DNA of 20,048 nt, taken from PVC group bacterium (GTDB lineage: Bacteria; GCA-001730085; JADFSZ01). The position numbers and the translations under genes were made by a program. Below the pieces are notes generated by a model, which was not told where the DNA came from, made no database searches, and saw nothing but the letters and a program-made list of their open reading frames with translations. Positions 6,904 to 14,392 of the stretch are shown here, one piece after another. The stretch covers positions 1 to 20,048 of the forward strand of contig JADFSZ010000006.1 of the NCBI GenBank assembly GCA_022560555.1. The letters run 5' to 3'. Each line of letters starts with the position of its first letter. Position 1 is the first letter of the stretch.

Positions 6904-8019
6904 TTAAGGACCCTCGTAGTAAATGCGATAAATCACGCCAATATGGTCATCTGAAATCAAAAGAGATCCATCCATTAGTTCTAAAATATCTACGGGACGT
7001 CCCCAGGCACGGCCATGCACTACCCATCCCTCGGCAAATGTTTCATAGCTCACAGCTTTTTGATCTTTGAAGCTCACCAGCGTGATGCGATAGCCCGACG
7101 GCGTAGACCTGTTCCACGAGCCATGCTCCGCAATAAAAATCTGACCTCGATATTTCTCGGGAAACATGTTCCCTTTATAAAAAATCATTCCCAGCGCCGC
7201 AACATGGGCTCCGAGCTCCATCGCCGGAGCGAGAACATCACGATCCTCTAATTTAACTCCAAATTCGGGATCCAAAATATCTTTTCCGTGAACATACGGA
7301 AATCCAAAATGCAATCCCGCGATCGGCGCATGATTCAACTCATCGGGAGGCAAATCATCCCCTAACCAATCCCGTCCGTTATCCGTAAACCACATCTCTA
7401 ATGTATCCGGATCCCAATCAAATCCAACAGTGTTGCGTACCCCCTCGGCAAACACTTCCAATTCGCTGCCATCCGGTTTCATCCGCATGATCGTCGCATA
7501 ACGACGATCATCCTTTTCACACACGTTGCACGGGGCTCCCACGGGGACATAGAGCCAACCATCCGGACCAAAAGCCATATACTTCCATCCATGACTCGCG
7601 TCACTCGGGAATGTGTCATTTACAATAACCGGTTTACCTAAAGTCCCGCTAAAGCGATCCACTCGGTCAAAACGAATCACACGGTGAATCTCCGCAATAT
7701 AAAGTGACCCATCCAGATAGGCAACGCCATTCGGCGCCCTCAATCCTGACGCGATTTCATAGACAGAGTCCGCCCGAAAATCTCCGTTCCGATCCTCGAC
7801 AGCATAAACTTTTCCCGCTGTCCGTGTTCCCACAAATAGTTTTCCATCTTTTCCCATCGTCATGGAGCGAGCATTGGGAACATTAGGCGCGTAAATTTCA
7901 ATCCGAAAACCCGGTGGCAATTTAATGGCCTCAAGAGACACACTCTGACCCAGAACCGTTTCCGGAACAAAGCAGACCATGAATAAAGAGAAAGAGGTAA
8001 ATATGTATTTATTAATCAT
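6904..8019 (-). CDS. Secreted PQQ-dependent sugar (sorbosone/glucose-type) dehydrogenase, beta-propeller family
   Basis: 371 aa. The signal peptide is MINKYIFTSFSLFMVCFVPETVLG|Q. The blocks LPPGFRIEIYAPNVPNARSM...GKLFVGTR, APNGVAY, and the later FGFPYVHG and IAEHGSWNRS are typical of the YliI/SNDH-like family. Confidence 0.8.
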   Translation of the reverse strand: MINKYIFTSFSLFMVCFVPETVLGQSVSLEAIKLPPGFRIEIYAPNVPNARSMTMGKDGKLFVGTRTAGKVYAVEDRNGDFRADSVYEIASGLRAPNGVAYLDGSLYIAEIHRVIRFDRVDRFSGTLGKPVIVNDTFPSDASHGWKYMAFGPDGWLYVPVGAPCNVCEKDDRRYATIMRMKPDGSELEVFAEGVRNTVGFDWDPDTLEMWFTDNGRDWLGDDLPPDELNHAPIAGLHFGFPYVHGKDILDPEFGVKLEDRDVLAPAMELGAHVAALGMIFYKGNMFPEKYRGQIFIAEHGSWNRSTPSGYRITLVSFKDQKAVSYETFAEGWVVHGRAWGRPVDILELMDGSLLISDDHIGVIYRIYYEGP

Positions 8020-8131
8020 AACCCGTGCGAGTTCAATATCCTTGTACGTGCCAACATCTTATAGTAAAATAAGCGCTCAAGCAACAAAACGAACATTAAA
8101 GACACTCTAACTATTTGACTTCAAAATTATT

Positions 8132-9106
8132 ATGAATATTCTGATAACAGGCGTTGCGGGGTTTATCGGATCCAATCTTGCCCGAGAACTCCTCAAAAGA
8201 AATCACCGGGTCACCGGCCTTGACAATTTCTCTCAAGGTTTTCCCCGGAATATCGAAGATCTCCAAGAAAATCCTCAATTCACATTTCTTGAGCTCGATG
8301 TCCTTGATCAAGACCTCGCACAAAAGCTGCCCGAATCCCTTGATACAATTGTGCATCTCGCGACCTACAAAATCCCCCGCTACGGAAATGCCCTTCTCAC
8401 ACTCAAAATTAATACGCATGGAACAGAAAATATTCTGGAATTCGCCAAAACAAAAAAAATCAAGGTTGTTTTTGCCTCCACATCCGACATTTATGGGAAA
8501 AACCCGGATGTGCCGTTTCATGAAGAGTCCTCTTCCGTAATCGGAAGCTCTAAAATCAAACGCTGGAGCTATGCCGTATCAAAACTTTTTGATGAACATC
8601 TGTGTTTAGCCTATCACGATGAATTCGATATTCCTGTTGTTATCCTGAGGTATTTCGGAGCCTACGGCCCTGGACAAAGTCCTTCGTGGTGGGGCGGCCC
8701 GCAAGCCGTCTTTATGCAAGCCATCCTCGAAGAAAAACCTTTAGAGATTCACGGAGACGGGAAGCAGACGCGAAGCTTCACTTATATAAGCGATACCATC
8801 AACGGGACGATCGCCGCGATTGAAAAATCAGTTGCGGTAGGACAAATCTTTAATATTGGGAGCACCGGGGAACTGTCGATTCTTGATCTGGCGCTAAAAG
8901 TGTGGGCATGCGCGAACAAACCGGGCGAACCTCCTTTAGAATTCAAGGATTACAATAGTTTTAATGGAAAGTACGAAGATGTGATGCGAAGAGTACCTGA
9001 CGTCACGCTCGCCGAAAATATTCTTGGGTTTAAGGCCACAAAAATTCTTGAGGAGGGCCTGAGAGAAACTTTTCTTTGGCAAAAATCTCTCTATCAAACG
9101 AAATAA
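8132..9106 (+). CDS. NAD-dependent nucleotide-sugar epimerase/dehydratase (extended SDR; UDP-glucuronate decarboxylase/4-epimerase-like)
   Basis: 324 aa. It carries MNILITGVAGFIGSNL (GxxGxxG) and the catalytic YAVSK (YxxxK). Its length and layout fit extended SDRs. No obvious SD. Confidence 0.88.
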   Translation: MNILITGVAGFIGSNLARELLKRNHRVTGLDNFSQGFPRNIEDLQENPQFTFLELDVLDQDLAQKLPESLDTIVHLATYKIPRYGNALLTLKINTHGTENILEFAKTKKIKVVFASTSDIYGKNPDVPFHEESSSVIGSSKIKRWSYAVSKLFDEHLCLAYHDEFDIPVVILRYFGAYGPGQSPSWWGGPQAVFMQAILEEKPLEIHGDGKQTRSFTYISDTINGTIAAIEKSVAVGQIFNIGSTGELSILDLALKVWACANKPGEPPLEFKDYNSFNGKYEDVMRRVPDVTLAENILGFKATKILEEGLRETFLWQKSLYQTK

Positions 9107-9107
9107 A

Positions 9108-10112
9108 TTATTGTTTGTCTAAAGCCTGTTGAATCTGCTCAATCACTTTAATCACGCGCAGGCCGTCCCGCCCATCCGATAACGGGGTTTTTCCTTCGAG
9201 TACACAATTCACAAAATGTTCACACTCCAATCTCAGAGGACTTGTCTTCGACAGGACAGGACAATCTACGCCGCCTTCTTTCAATTTTACATACTCTTCA
9301 TCATAAAAATCAAATTCCTCTTGGCGGATGGCTTCATTGTGAAAAATTTTTAATTTATTTACAGGCTCCATATCATCAAAAACACACATTTTTTTATCCC
9401 CAACGATCGTAATCTTTCTGATTTTATGAGGATCCAACCATGATAAATGCAAATGTGCGAGAATCCCACCCGGAAAATGAAGCGTGACAAACACAAGATC
9501 ATCCACGCCCTTTCTTAAAAAAGACTTTCCCACAGCCGTAACCGAATCCGGCTCCAGCCCCAGCAAATACAAAAGAACGGATATATCGTGCGGAGCTAAA
9601 CTCCAGAGTGCGTTTTCCCGCGAACGGACTTTCCCCAAATTCACACGTACCGAATACCCATACAAGATCTTCCCAAGTTCGTTTCGTTTCATCAATTCCT
9701 TTAACTCACGTACCGCGGGATGATATTCGAGTAAATGCCCAACCATTAAAACCTTTTTTTGACTCTCGGCTAAACGGATCAGCTCCTCAACTTCACGACT
9801 GGATTGAGCGATGGGCTTCTCCACAAAAACATGTTTTCCGGCTTCTAAACATTTTTTGGTTATTTTAAAATGTGTTTCGACATCCGTTACAACGGCCACA
9901 GCATCGATCTCTTGATCCGTCAGTACTGAATCCAAATTGTTAACATAGGTCAGATCGGGATATTGGCCTTTTATTTTTTCCCATCGATCAGGTCGAAAAT
10001 CACAGACTTTCATGATTTTGACCGACTCCATTTGGTAGTAGGTCTTTAGATGGTTCGGCCCCCAGTAACCCAGACCGACCAAAGCCATCCTCAGTTGTTT
10101 ATTTGGGGCCAT
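9108..10112 (-). CDS. Gfo/Idh/MocA family NAD(P)-dependent oxidoreductase (nucleotide-sugar dehydrogenase-like)
   Basis: 334 aa. It has the N-terminal Rossmann segment MALVGLGYWG and the FVEKP motif. The ATG at 10112 follows AAGGAG at 5-nt spacing, inside the 3' end of the upstream GT2 gene (14-nt overlap). Confidence 0.88.
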   Translation of the reverse strand: MAPNKQLRMALVGLGYWGPNHLKTYYQMESVKIMKVCDFRPDRWEKIKGQYPDLTYVNNLDSVLTDQEIDAVAVVTDVETHFKITKKCLEAGKHVFVEKPIAQSSREVEELIRLAESQKKVLMVGHLLEYHPAVRELKELMKRNELGKILYGYSVRVNLGKVRSRENALWSLAPHDISVLLYLLGLEPDSVTAVGKSFLRKGVDDLVFVTLHFPGGILAHLHLSWLDPHKIRKITIVGDKKMCVFDDMEPVNKLKIFHNEAIRQEEFDFYDEEYVKLKEGGVDCPVLSKTSPLRLECEHFVNCVLEGKTPLSDGRDGLRVIKVIEQIQQALDKQ

Positions 10113-10866
10113 TTTTGCTCCTTGGTGTCCAGTTTCGTCTCAAGAAATTTCGACGTATCACGTCACAATACCCGAGGATTGTGGGGAAAATTTTCATTTT
10201 ACTCTGTCCGTCTCTTAATTGTCCCTTGAGCACCATCGGAACCTCAGATATTCGAAGATTCATACGATGAAATTTGATCAACATCTCCACCATACAGACA
10301 AAACCTTTCTCTTCAATAAAATGATCTCCATAGAGCTGAAAAGCTTTTTTTAAGGTTTCGCTTCGATACGCGCGATAAAACGAACTGTAGGTATTCACAC
10401 CCTTGATAGGAAAAAATGTTTTCAGCAAGCCATTGGCGCACGCGCTTAGAAAGAGCCTGAACCTCGTGGTCCCTTCAACACCACCGCCTTTAGCATAGCA
10501 TGAAGCCAAAACCAGATCATCTCCTGATCCAATTTTCGCGATCATTTTTTCCATTATATGAATATCGCTCGTATTGTCGGCCTCCATCGTAATGACAATA
10601 TCACGAGGCTCACATTCCTTGAGAATTTCTCTAAAGCCCGTTCGAAAAGCCTCATCAACTCCGTAATTGGCCGGATGCGATACAACCCTCACGGGTATCT
10701 CCGATCGATACTCTTCAATTAACCCCAACGTGTTATCCCGGCTACCGTCATCGATAATCAAAACATGATAATCAAGATAATCTTCCTTCATAAGAGTATC
10801 AATCCGCTTTAACAAAACCCTCAAATTTGTTTCTTCGTTGTATGCCGGAATTAAAAAACGAATCAT
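10099..10866 (-). CDS. Family-2 glycosyltransferase, Dpm1/ArnC/GtrB-like (polyprenyl-phosphate sugar synthase type), soluble form
   Basis: It has MIRFLIPAYNEE, LIIDDGSRDNT, and the late RDGQSKMK, which resembles the R-x-G-x-SK motif of polyprenyl-phosphate GT2s. There are no C-terminal TM helices. I prefer the ATG at 10866. The track's start at 10971 adds 35 residues (MYDMDSFFNVLFGVSEPVCVCVYDN...) that do not look like a GT2 N-terminus. Confidence 0.85.
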   Translation of the reverse strand: MIRFLIPAYNEETNLRVLLKRIDTLMKEDYLDYHVLIIDDGSRDNTLGLIEEYRSEIPVRVVSHPANYGVDEAFRTGFREILKECEPRDIVITMEADNTSDIHIMEKMIAKIGSGDDLVLASCYAKGGGVEGTTRFRLFLSACANGLLKTFFPIKGVNTYSSFYRAYRSETLKKAFQLYGDHFIEEKGFVCMVEMLIKFHRMNLRISEVPMVLKGQLRDGQSKMKIFPTILGYCDVIRRNFLRRNWTPRSKNGPK

Positions 10867-11202
10867 ACGTTTCCCGTACCCTTTTTTCGCGAAAATATTG
10901 TCATAAACGCATACACATACCGGCTCAGACACTCCGAATAGGACGTTAAAAAATGAGTCCATATCATACATTATATGTATTGAATTGGAAGTAGTTTCTC
11001 AGGGATCGCGTAGGAACAACATTACTTTAACTTTAATGAAAGTAATGATTTATGTATTTTTTTGCAAAGCATCTCCCGCGGCCCCATCCGAAACAGCAAA
11101 ACCCTAGGAACAAATACTGACAAGAATTGCAAGCACAAGAAAGCTCATAGTTTCTAAACCCAATCACCGATCATGTCGATCGAGATGCACGGTCCGTCTA
11201 TC

Positions 11203-11231
11203 TTGACTTTGGCCAAAACATTCGTTACTCT
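11203..11231 (+). promoter_or_regulatory. Possible promoter for the Rieske/PLP-enzyme pair
   Basis: TTGACT (11203..11208), a 17-nt spacer, then TACTCT (11226..11231). The -10 is weak. Motif match only. Confidence 0.3.
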
Positions 11232-11282
11232 AAAAAGGCACTCATCGTGACGGTATGAAATGATAATTCCGAGAGAAAAACC

Positions 11283-11609
11283 ATGAAAGCTCTTGCAAAA
11301 ACAAGTGATATTCCCGAAGGAAAAGCTATCAAAGTTGATGCCTGCGATCGCGAAATCGCTATTTTTCGTTATCAGGGACAATTCCACGCAATCAATGCCG
11401 TCTGCCCCCATAACGGAGGCCCGTTGTACGAAGGGGCAGTAGATAATTGGATTGTCACGTGTCCGTGGCATGAATGGCAGTTTGATATCCGTTCAGGACG
11501 TGCCCCAAAAAACATCGGCCGAGTTACGTGTTATCCGATCGAAATTAAAGATGGTACAATATATCTCCTTGATCCGGAAAAGTATGATGATGTGTCACGA
11601 TTAAAGTAA
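11283..11609 (+). CDS. Small Rieske [2Fe-2S] domain protein (NirD-like ferredoxin subunit)
   Basis: 108 aa with the two Rieske boxes CPHNGGPL and CPWHEWQF (CxH...CxxH). Confidence 0.9.
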   Translation: MKALAKTSDIPEGKAIKVDACDREIAIFRYQGQFHAINAVCPHNGGPLYEGAVDNWIVTCPWHEWQFDIRSGRAPKNIGRVTCYPIEIKDGTIYLLDPEKYDDVSRLK

Positions 11610-11626
11610 AAGAAATCTTCATTTTT

Positions 11627-12784
11627 ATGTCTATCGAAAAACTTCATCAAGATACTCTTAGACGTCAAAAAGAATTTCCCGTCTGTAAGGATTCGATTTT
11701 TCTTTCACACGCGGGCGTCTCCCCTCTTCCGGCCTGTGTCCAATCGGCCATAGATGATTATCTCAAACAAGCCACGCTAAAACATCAGGAAGATATTGTG
11801 AACACGGGCTTTTTGACCTCTATCCGAGAGGGCGCTGCCCGGCTCCTGGGATGCCACAAAAGCGAGATCGCTCTTGTCGGCCCCACATCCGTCGGTCTGT
11901 CACTCATCGCCAACGGCCTCGACTGGCAGAGCGGCGACAGAGTGGCATTTTACAAAGATGATTTTCCATCCAACGCTTTTCCTTGGATGGCCATGGCCGC
12001 GAAAGGGGTCGAGACGGACCTCATCCAACCCAAACAACTCGGGGCAATTACGCTCGATGACGTGAAAAAAGTTATTTCAAAAAAAACGCGTCTCGTTTCC
12101 GTCGCATCAGCTCATTTTGTCAGCGGATACAGAGTTGACATAGACGCGATCGGAACATACTTGTCGGATCAAAATATTCTTTTTTGTATCGATGGGATTC
12201 AAACCCTCGGCGTACTTGACACCCCGGTAGCTAACGCGGATTTTCTCGCGGCCGATGCGCATAAGTGGCTCCTGGGGCCCTGCGGAGCGGGAATTCTTTA
12301 TGTCAAAAAACGCGCTCAGGAAAAACTCCGCCCGACACTTTTGGGATGGAACAACATCTTTCAAAAAGATTTTGTGACACCGGCCGTTTTGGAATTTCCT
12401 CAACATGCCGGGCGATATGAAGCGGGAACATCAAATTTGCTCGGACTCGTCGGATTAAAAGCGTCGCTTGATATGCTTCTCAGCTACGGAATTGAATCGA
12501 TCGAAAAAACGGTTATCCGCCACACAGAATTTTTACGAACAAATCTTCTGGAGAGAAACTTTATTCTGGCTCAAGAGGACAACCATCGAATATCTGCCAT
12601 CACATCTTTTCGAAGTTCCCAATATGATATGAACCGGATTTTTGAGAATCTTGCAGAACACAGCATTGTTACAACTCCCCGCGTCACGCGTGACGGACAC
12701 ACGTGGATTCGCCTCTCCCCTCATTTTTACAACACACATGAGGAACTCAAGCAGTTTTTTCACATCTTGGATCAATGTATTTAA
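11627..12784 (+). CDS. Class-V (NifS/SufS-fold) PLP-dependent enzyme lacking the desulfurase catalytic cysteine; C-S lyase/epimerase-like
   Basis: 385 aa. The PLP lysine context is ADAHKWLLGPCGAGILYV. The C-terminal block is TRDGHTWIRLSPHFYNTHEEL, whereas E. coli SufS has RTGHHCA...RASLAMYNTHEE. There is no Cys at the SufS Cys364-equivalent position, and the loop is shorter. Confidence 0.85.
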   Translation: MSIEKLHQDTLRRQKEFPVCKDSIFLSHAGVSPLPACVQSAIDDYLKQATLKHQEDIVNTGFLTSIREGAARLLGCHKSEIALVGPTSVGLSLIANGLDWQSGDRVAFYKDDFPSNAFPWMAMAAKGVETDLIQPKQLGAITLDDVKKVISKKTRLVSVASAHFVSGYRVDIDAIGTYLSDQNILFCIDGIQTLGVLDTPVANADFLAADAHKWLLGPCGAGILYVKKRAQEKLRPTLLGWNNIFQKDFVTPAVLEFPQHAGRYEAGTSNLLGLVGLKASLDMLLSYGIESIEKTVIRHTEFLRTNLLERNFILAQEDNHRISAITSFRSSQYDMNRIFENLAEHSIVTTPRVTRDGHTWIRLSPHFYNTHEELKQFFHILDQCI

Positions 12785-13494
12785 GACGGGCACTTGTCCG
12801 GAAGGATTTGCAATAAATCTTGTAACGTTTTAAGAGCTTCGTCATCCCCATGAGACAGTTCAGGGTGATGCTGTATCAAGAGACACTGCCAACCGACACT
12901 CCTGGAGGCTTCTACATCATGATAATGACTGTCGCCGACATGAAGCATGGCACGGGGAGGAAGTCCGATCATTTTTTGGGCAATGTGAAAAATCCCCGGA
13001 TCAGGCTTTTCGCAGCCAACCTCCGTTGAAATCACAACCTGATCAAAAAGATCGAGGATCTCCACCCCGTCTAAAATACCCCGCAGGCGATTGTCCCAAT
13101 TTGACAAAACGGCCACACGATACCCACGATCTTTTAATTGAGCCAGAACATCCCGCGCATTATCATACAGTTTCCAATGACGGGCATCCGCAAATGTGTT
13201 CCACAAATCGTTAAAAAGGTTTTCAAAATTTTTGGGTTTATCCAAATCCGAAAGGGTTTCCATCACAACATCTTTCCACCATTTGATTTCACTCGCTTCA
13301 TCAATGCTGCCTCGTGGGGCTTTCTGCGCTTTTTTCCAAGACCGCCTAAAGGCCTCCTCTAAAACATCCTTTCCATGATTCAATCCATGATTTTTCATTA
13401 CATCTGAATAAATTTGCCCCACAGACGGATAGGGCCGTACAAGTGTTCCGCCGGCATCAAATGTAATCCCCTTAATTATATCCGTGTTAATCAT
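12781..13494 (-). CDS. HAD-superfamily hydrolase, subfamily IA (REG-2/HDHD3-like)
   Basis: 237 aa. Motif I is ITFDAGGTL (a DxG variant typical of the REG-2-like group), followed by VLSNWD and HVGDSHYHDVEAS. Confidence 0.85.
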   Translation of the reverse strand: MINTDIIKGITFDAGGTLVRPYPSVGQIYSDVMKNHGLNHGKDVLEEAFRRSWKKAQKAPRGSIDEASEIKWWKDVVMETLSDLDKPKNFENLFNDLWNTFADARHWKLYDNARDVLAQLKDRGYRVAVLSNWDNRLRGILDGVEILDLFDQVVISTEVGCEKPDPGIFHIAQKMIGLPPRAMLHVGDSHYHDVEASRSVGWQCLLIQHHPELSHGDDEALKTLQDLLQILPDKCPS

Positions 13495-14255
13495 TAGACA
13501 ATGGTGGGTTCATCAATAAAAACTGTTTTGATACGGAATTTTTTTTCAAGCTCTTTCCCCACGGCCTTCACACCTAGTGTTTCCGAATGATAATGTCCCA
13601 GATACATCACGTTGAGGCCCAACTCCATCGCCAGGTGATGGTCCTGATGACGCGCTTCCCCCGTGCAAAAACAATCCAGACCTCTTCGGGCCGCTTCATG
13701 GATCGCCTCTGACGCTGCTCCGGACACAAAACCGATAGTTTTGATCCGATCCACACCAAAAGGAAGCACCGTCACGGGGCCATGAAGAGTGCTCTCAAAT
13801 TTTTCTTTGAGAGCATTGCGAGATATCTTTTTATCCAGTTCTCCCGCGTATCCGATCGTTGTCCCAACGTATTCGCCAAATGCACGCAGATTTTTCAGCT
13901 TAAATAGTTTCGCGAGTTTAATATTGTTTCCCAAGGTCGGGTGGCAATCCAGCGGGAGATGAACAGAGTATAAGTTAAGGTCTTTTTTGATGAGATATTC
14001 GATTTTTATTTTATCAAGACCCGTGATTGTTTTCAGGCTTCCCCAAATCAATCCGTGGTGTGTCAAAAGCATCTGACAGCGAAGAGAAAATGTTTTTTTA
14101 AATACCGACAAGGACGCGTCCACAGCCAAAGCCACGCGGGAGACCTTATCCGTTCCTTCAACTTGCAGTCCATTCTCCATAAAATCATCCATATCATGAA
14201 CCAACAAACGCCGGTTAAGATAATCCACCAATGTATCGCGTGAAATAGTACTCAT
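13494..14255 (-). CDS. Nif3-like dinuclear metal centre protein (GTP cyclohydrolase 1 type 2 homologue)
   Basis: 253 aa. It has LLTHHGLIW and a C-terminal LGHYHSETLG. Its stop overlaps the HAD start by 1 nt (TAATG). Confidence 0.85.
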   Translation of the reverse strand: MSTISRDTLVDYLNRRLLVHDMDDFMENGLQVEGTDKVSRVALAVDASLSVFKKTFSLRCQMLLTHHGLIWGSLKTITGLDKIKIEYLIKKDLNLYSVHLPLDCHPTLGNNIKLAKLFKLKNLRAFGEYVGTTIGYAGELDKKISRNALKEKFESTLHGPVTVLPFGVDRIKTIGFVSGAASEAIHEAARRGLDCFCTGEARHQDHHLAMELGLNVMYLGHYHSETLGVKAVGKELEKKFRIKTVFIDEPTIV

Positions 14256-14330
14256 AATCGTTTATCCTTTCTTGAAGAGAAGTGTTATTATACCGAGACT
14301 TTCACAGGATTGCAAAAGCCGGAAATGAAT

Positions 14331-14359
14331 TTGAATTTCCAAAAGTGCTATGGTATCAT
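14331..14359 (+). promoter_or_regulatory. Putative sigma70 promoter for metG
   Basis: TTGAAT (14331..14336), a 17-nt spacer, then TGgTATCAT (extended -10, hexamer 14354..14359), about 33 nt before the ATG. It overlaps the inverted repeat GGAAAT-N8-ATTTCC (14321..14340). Confidence 0.45.
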
Positions 14360-14392
14360 ATCGATGCATAACTCCCGATATGAAAAGGACAT

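Noticed and set aside
8048-8053. TGGCAC on the minus strand upstream of the PQQ dehydrogenase gene, resembling a sigma-54 -24 element.
   Set aside because: There is no TTGC(A/T) -12 element at the required 5-nt spacing (the sequence is TGGCACgtacaAGGAT).
8111-8521. 136-aa minus-strand ORF and the 8154..8540(+) ORF.
   Set aside because: They overlap the SDR epimerase gene, whose GxxGxxG and YxxxK motifs identify the true frame.
11154-11471. 105-aa minus-strand ORF.
   Set aside because: It overlaps the Rieske gene, which has clear Rieske boxes, in antisense. It has no SD and no recognisable motifs.
14256-14392. Possible T-box or riboswitch leader for metG, and the GGAAAT-N8-ATTTCC inverted repeat.
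   Set aside because: The predicted leader is only about 30 nt, far too short for a T-box. The 6-bp inverted repeat overlaps the -35 region and may be an operator, but nothing supports that beyond symmetry.
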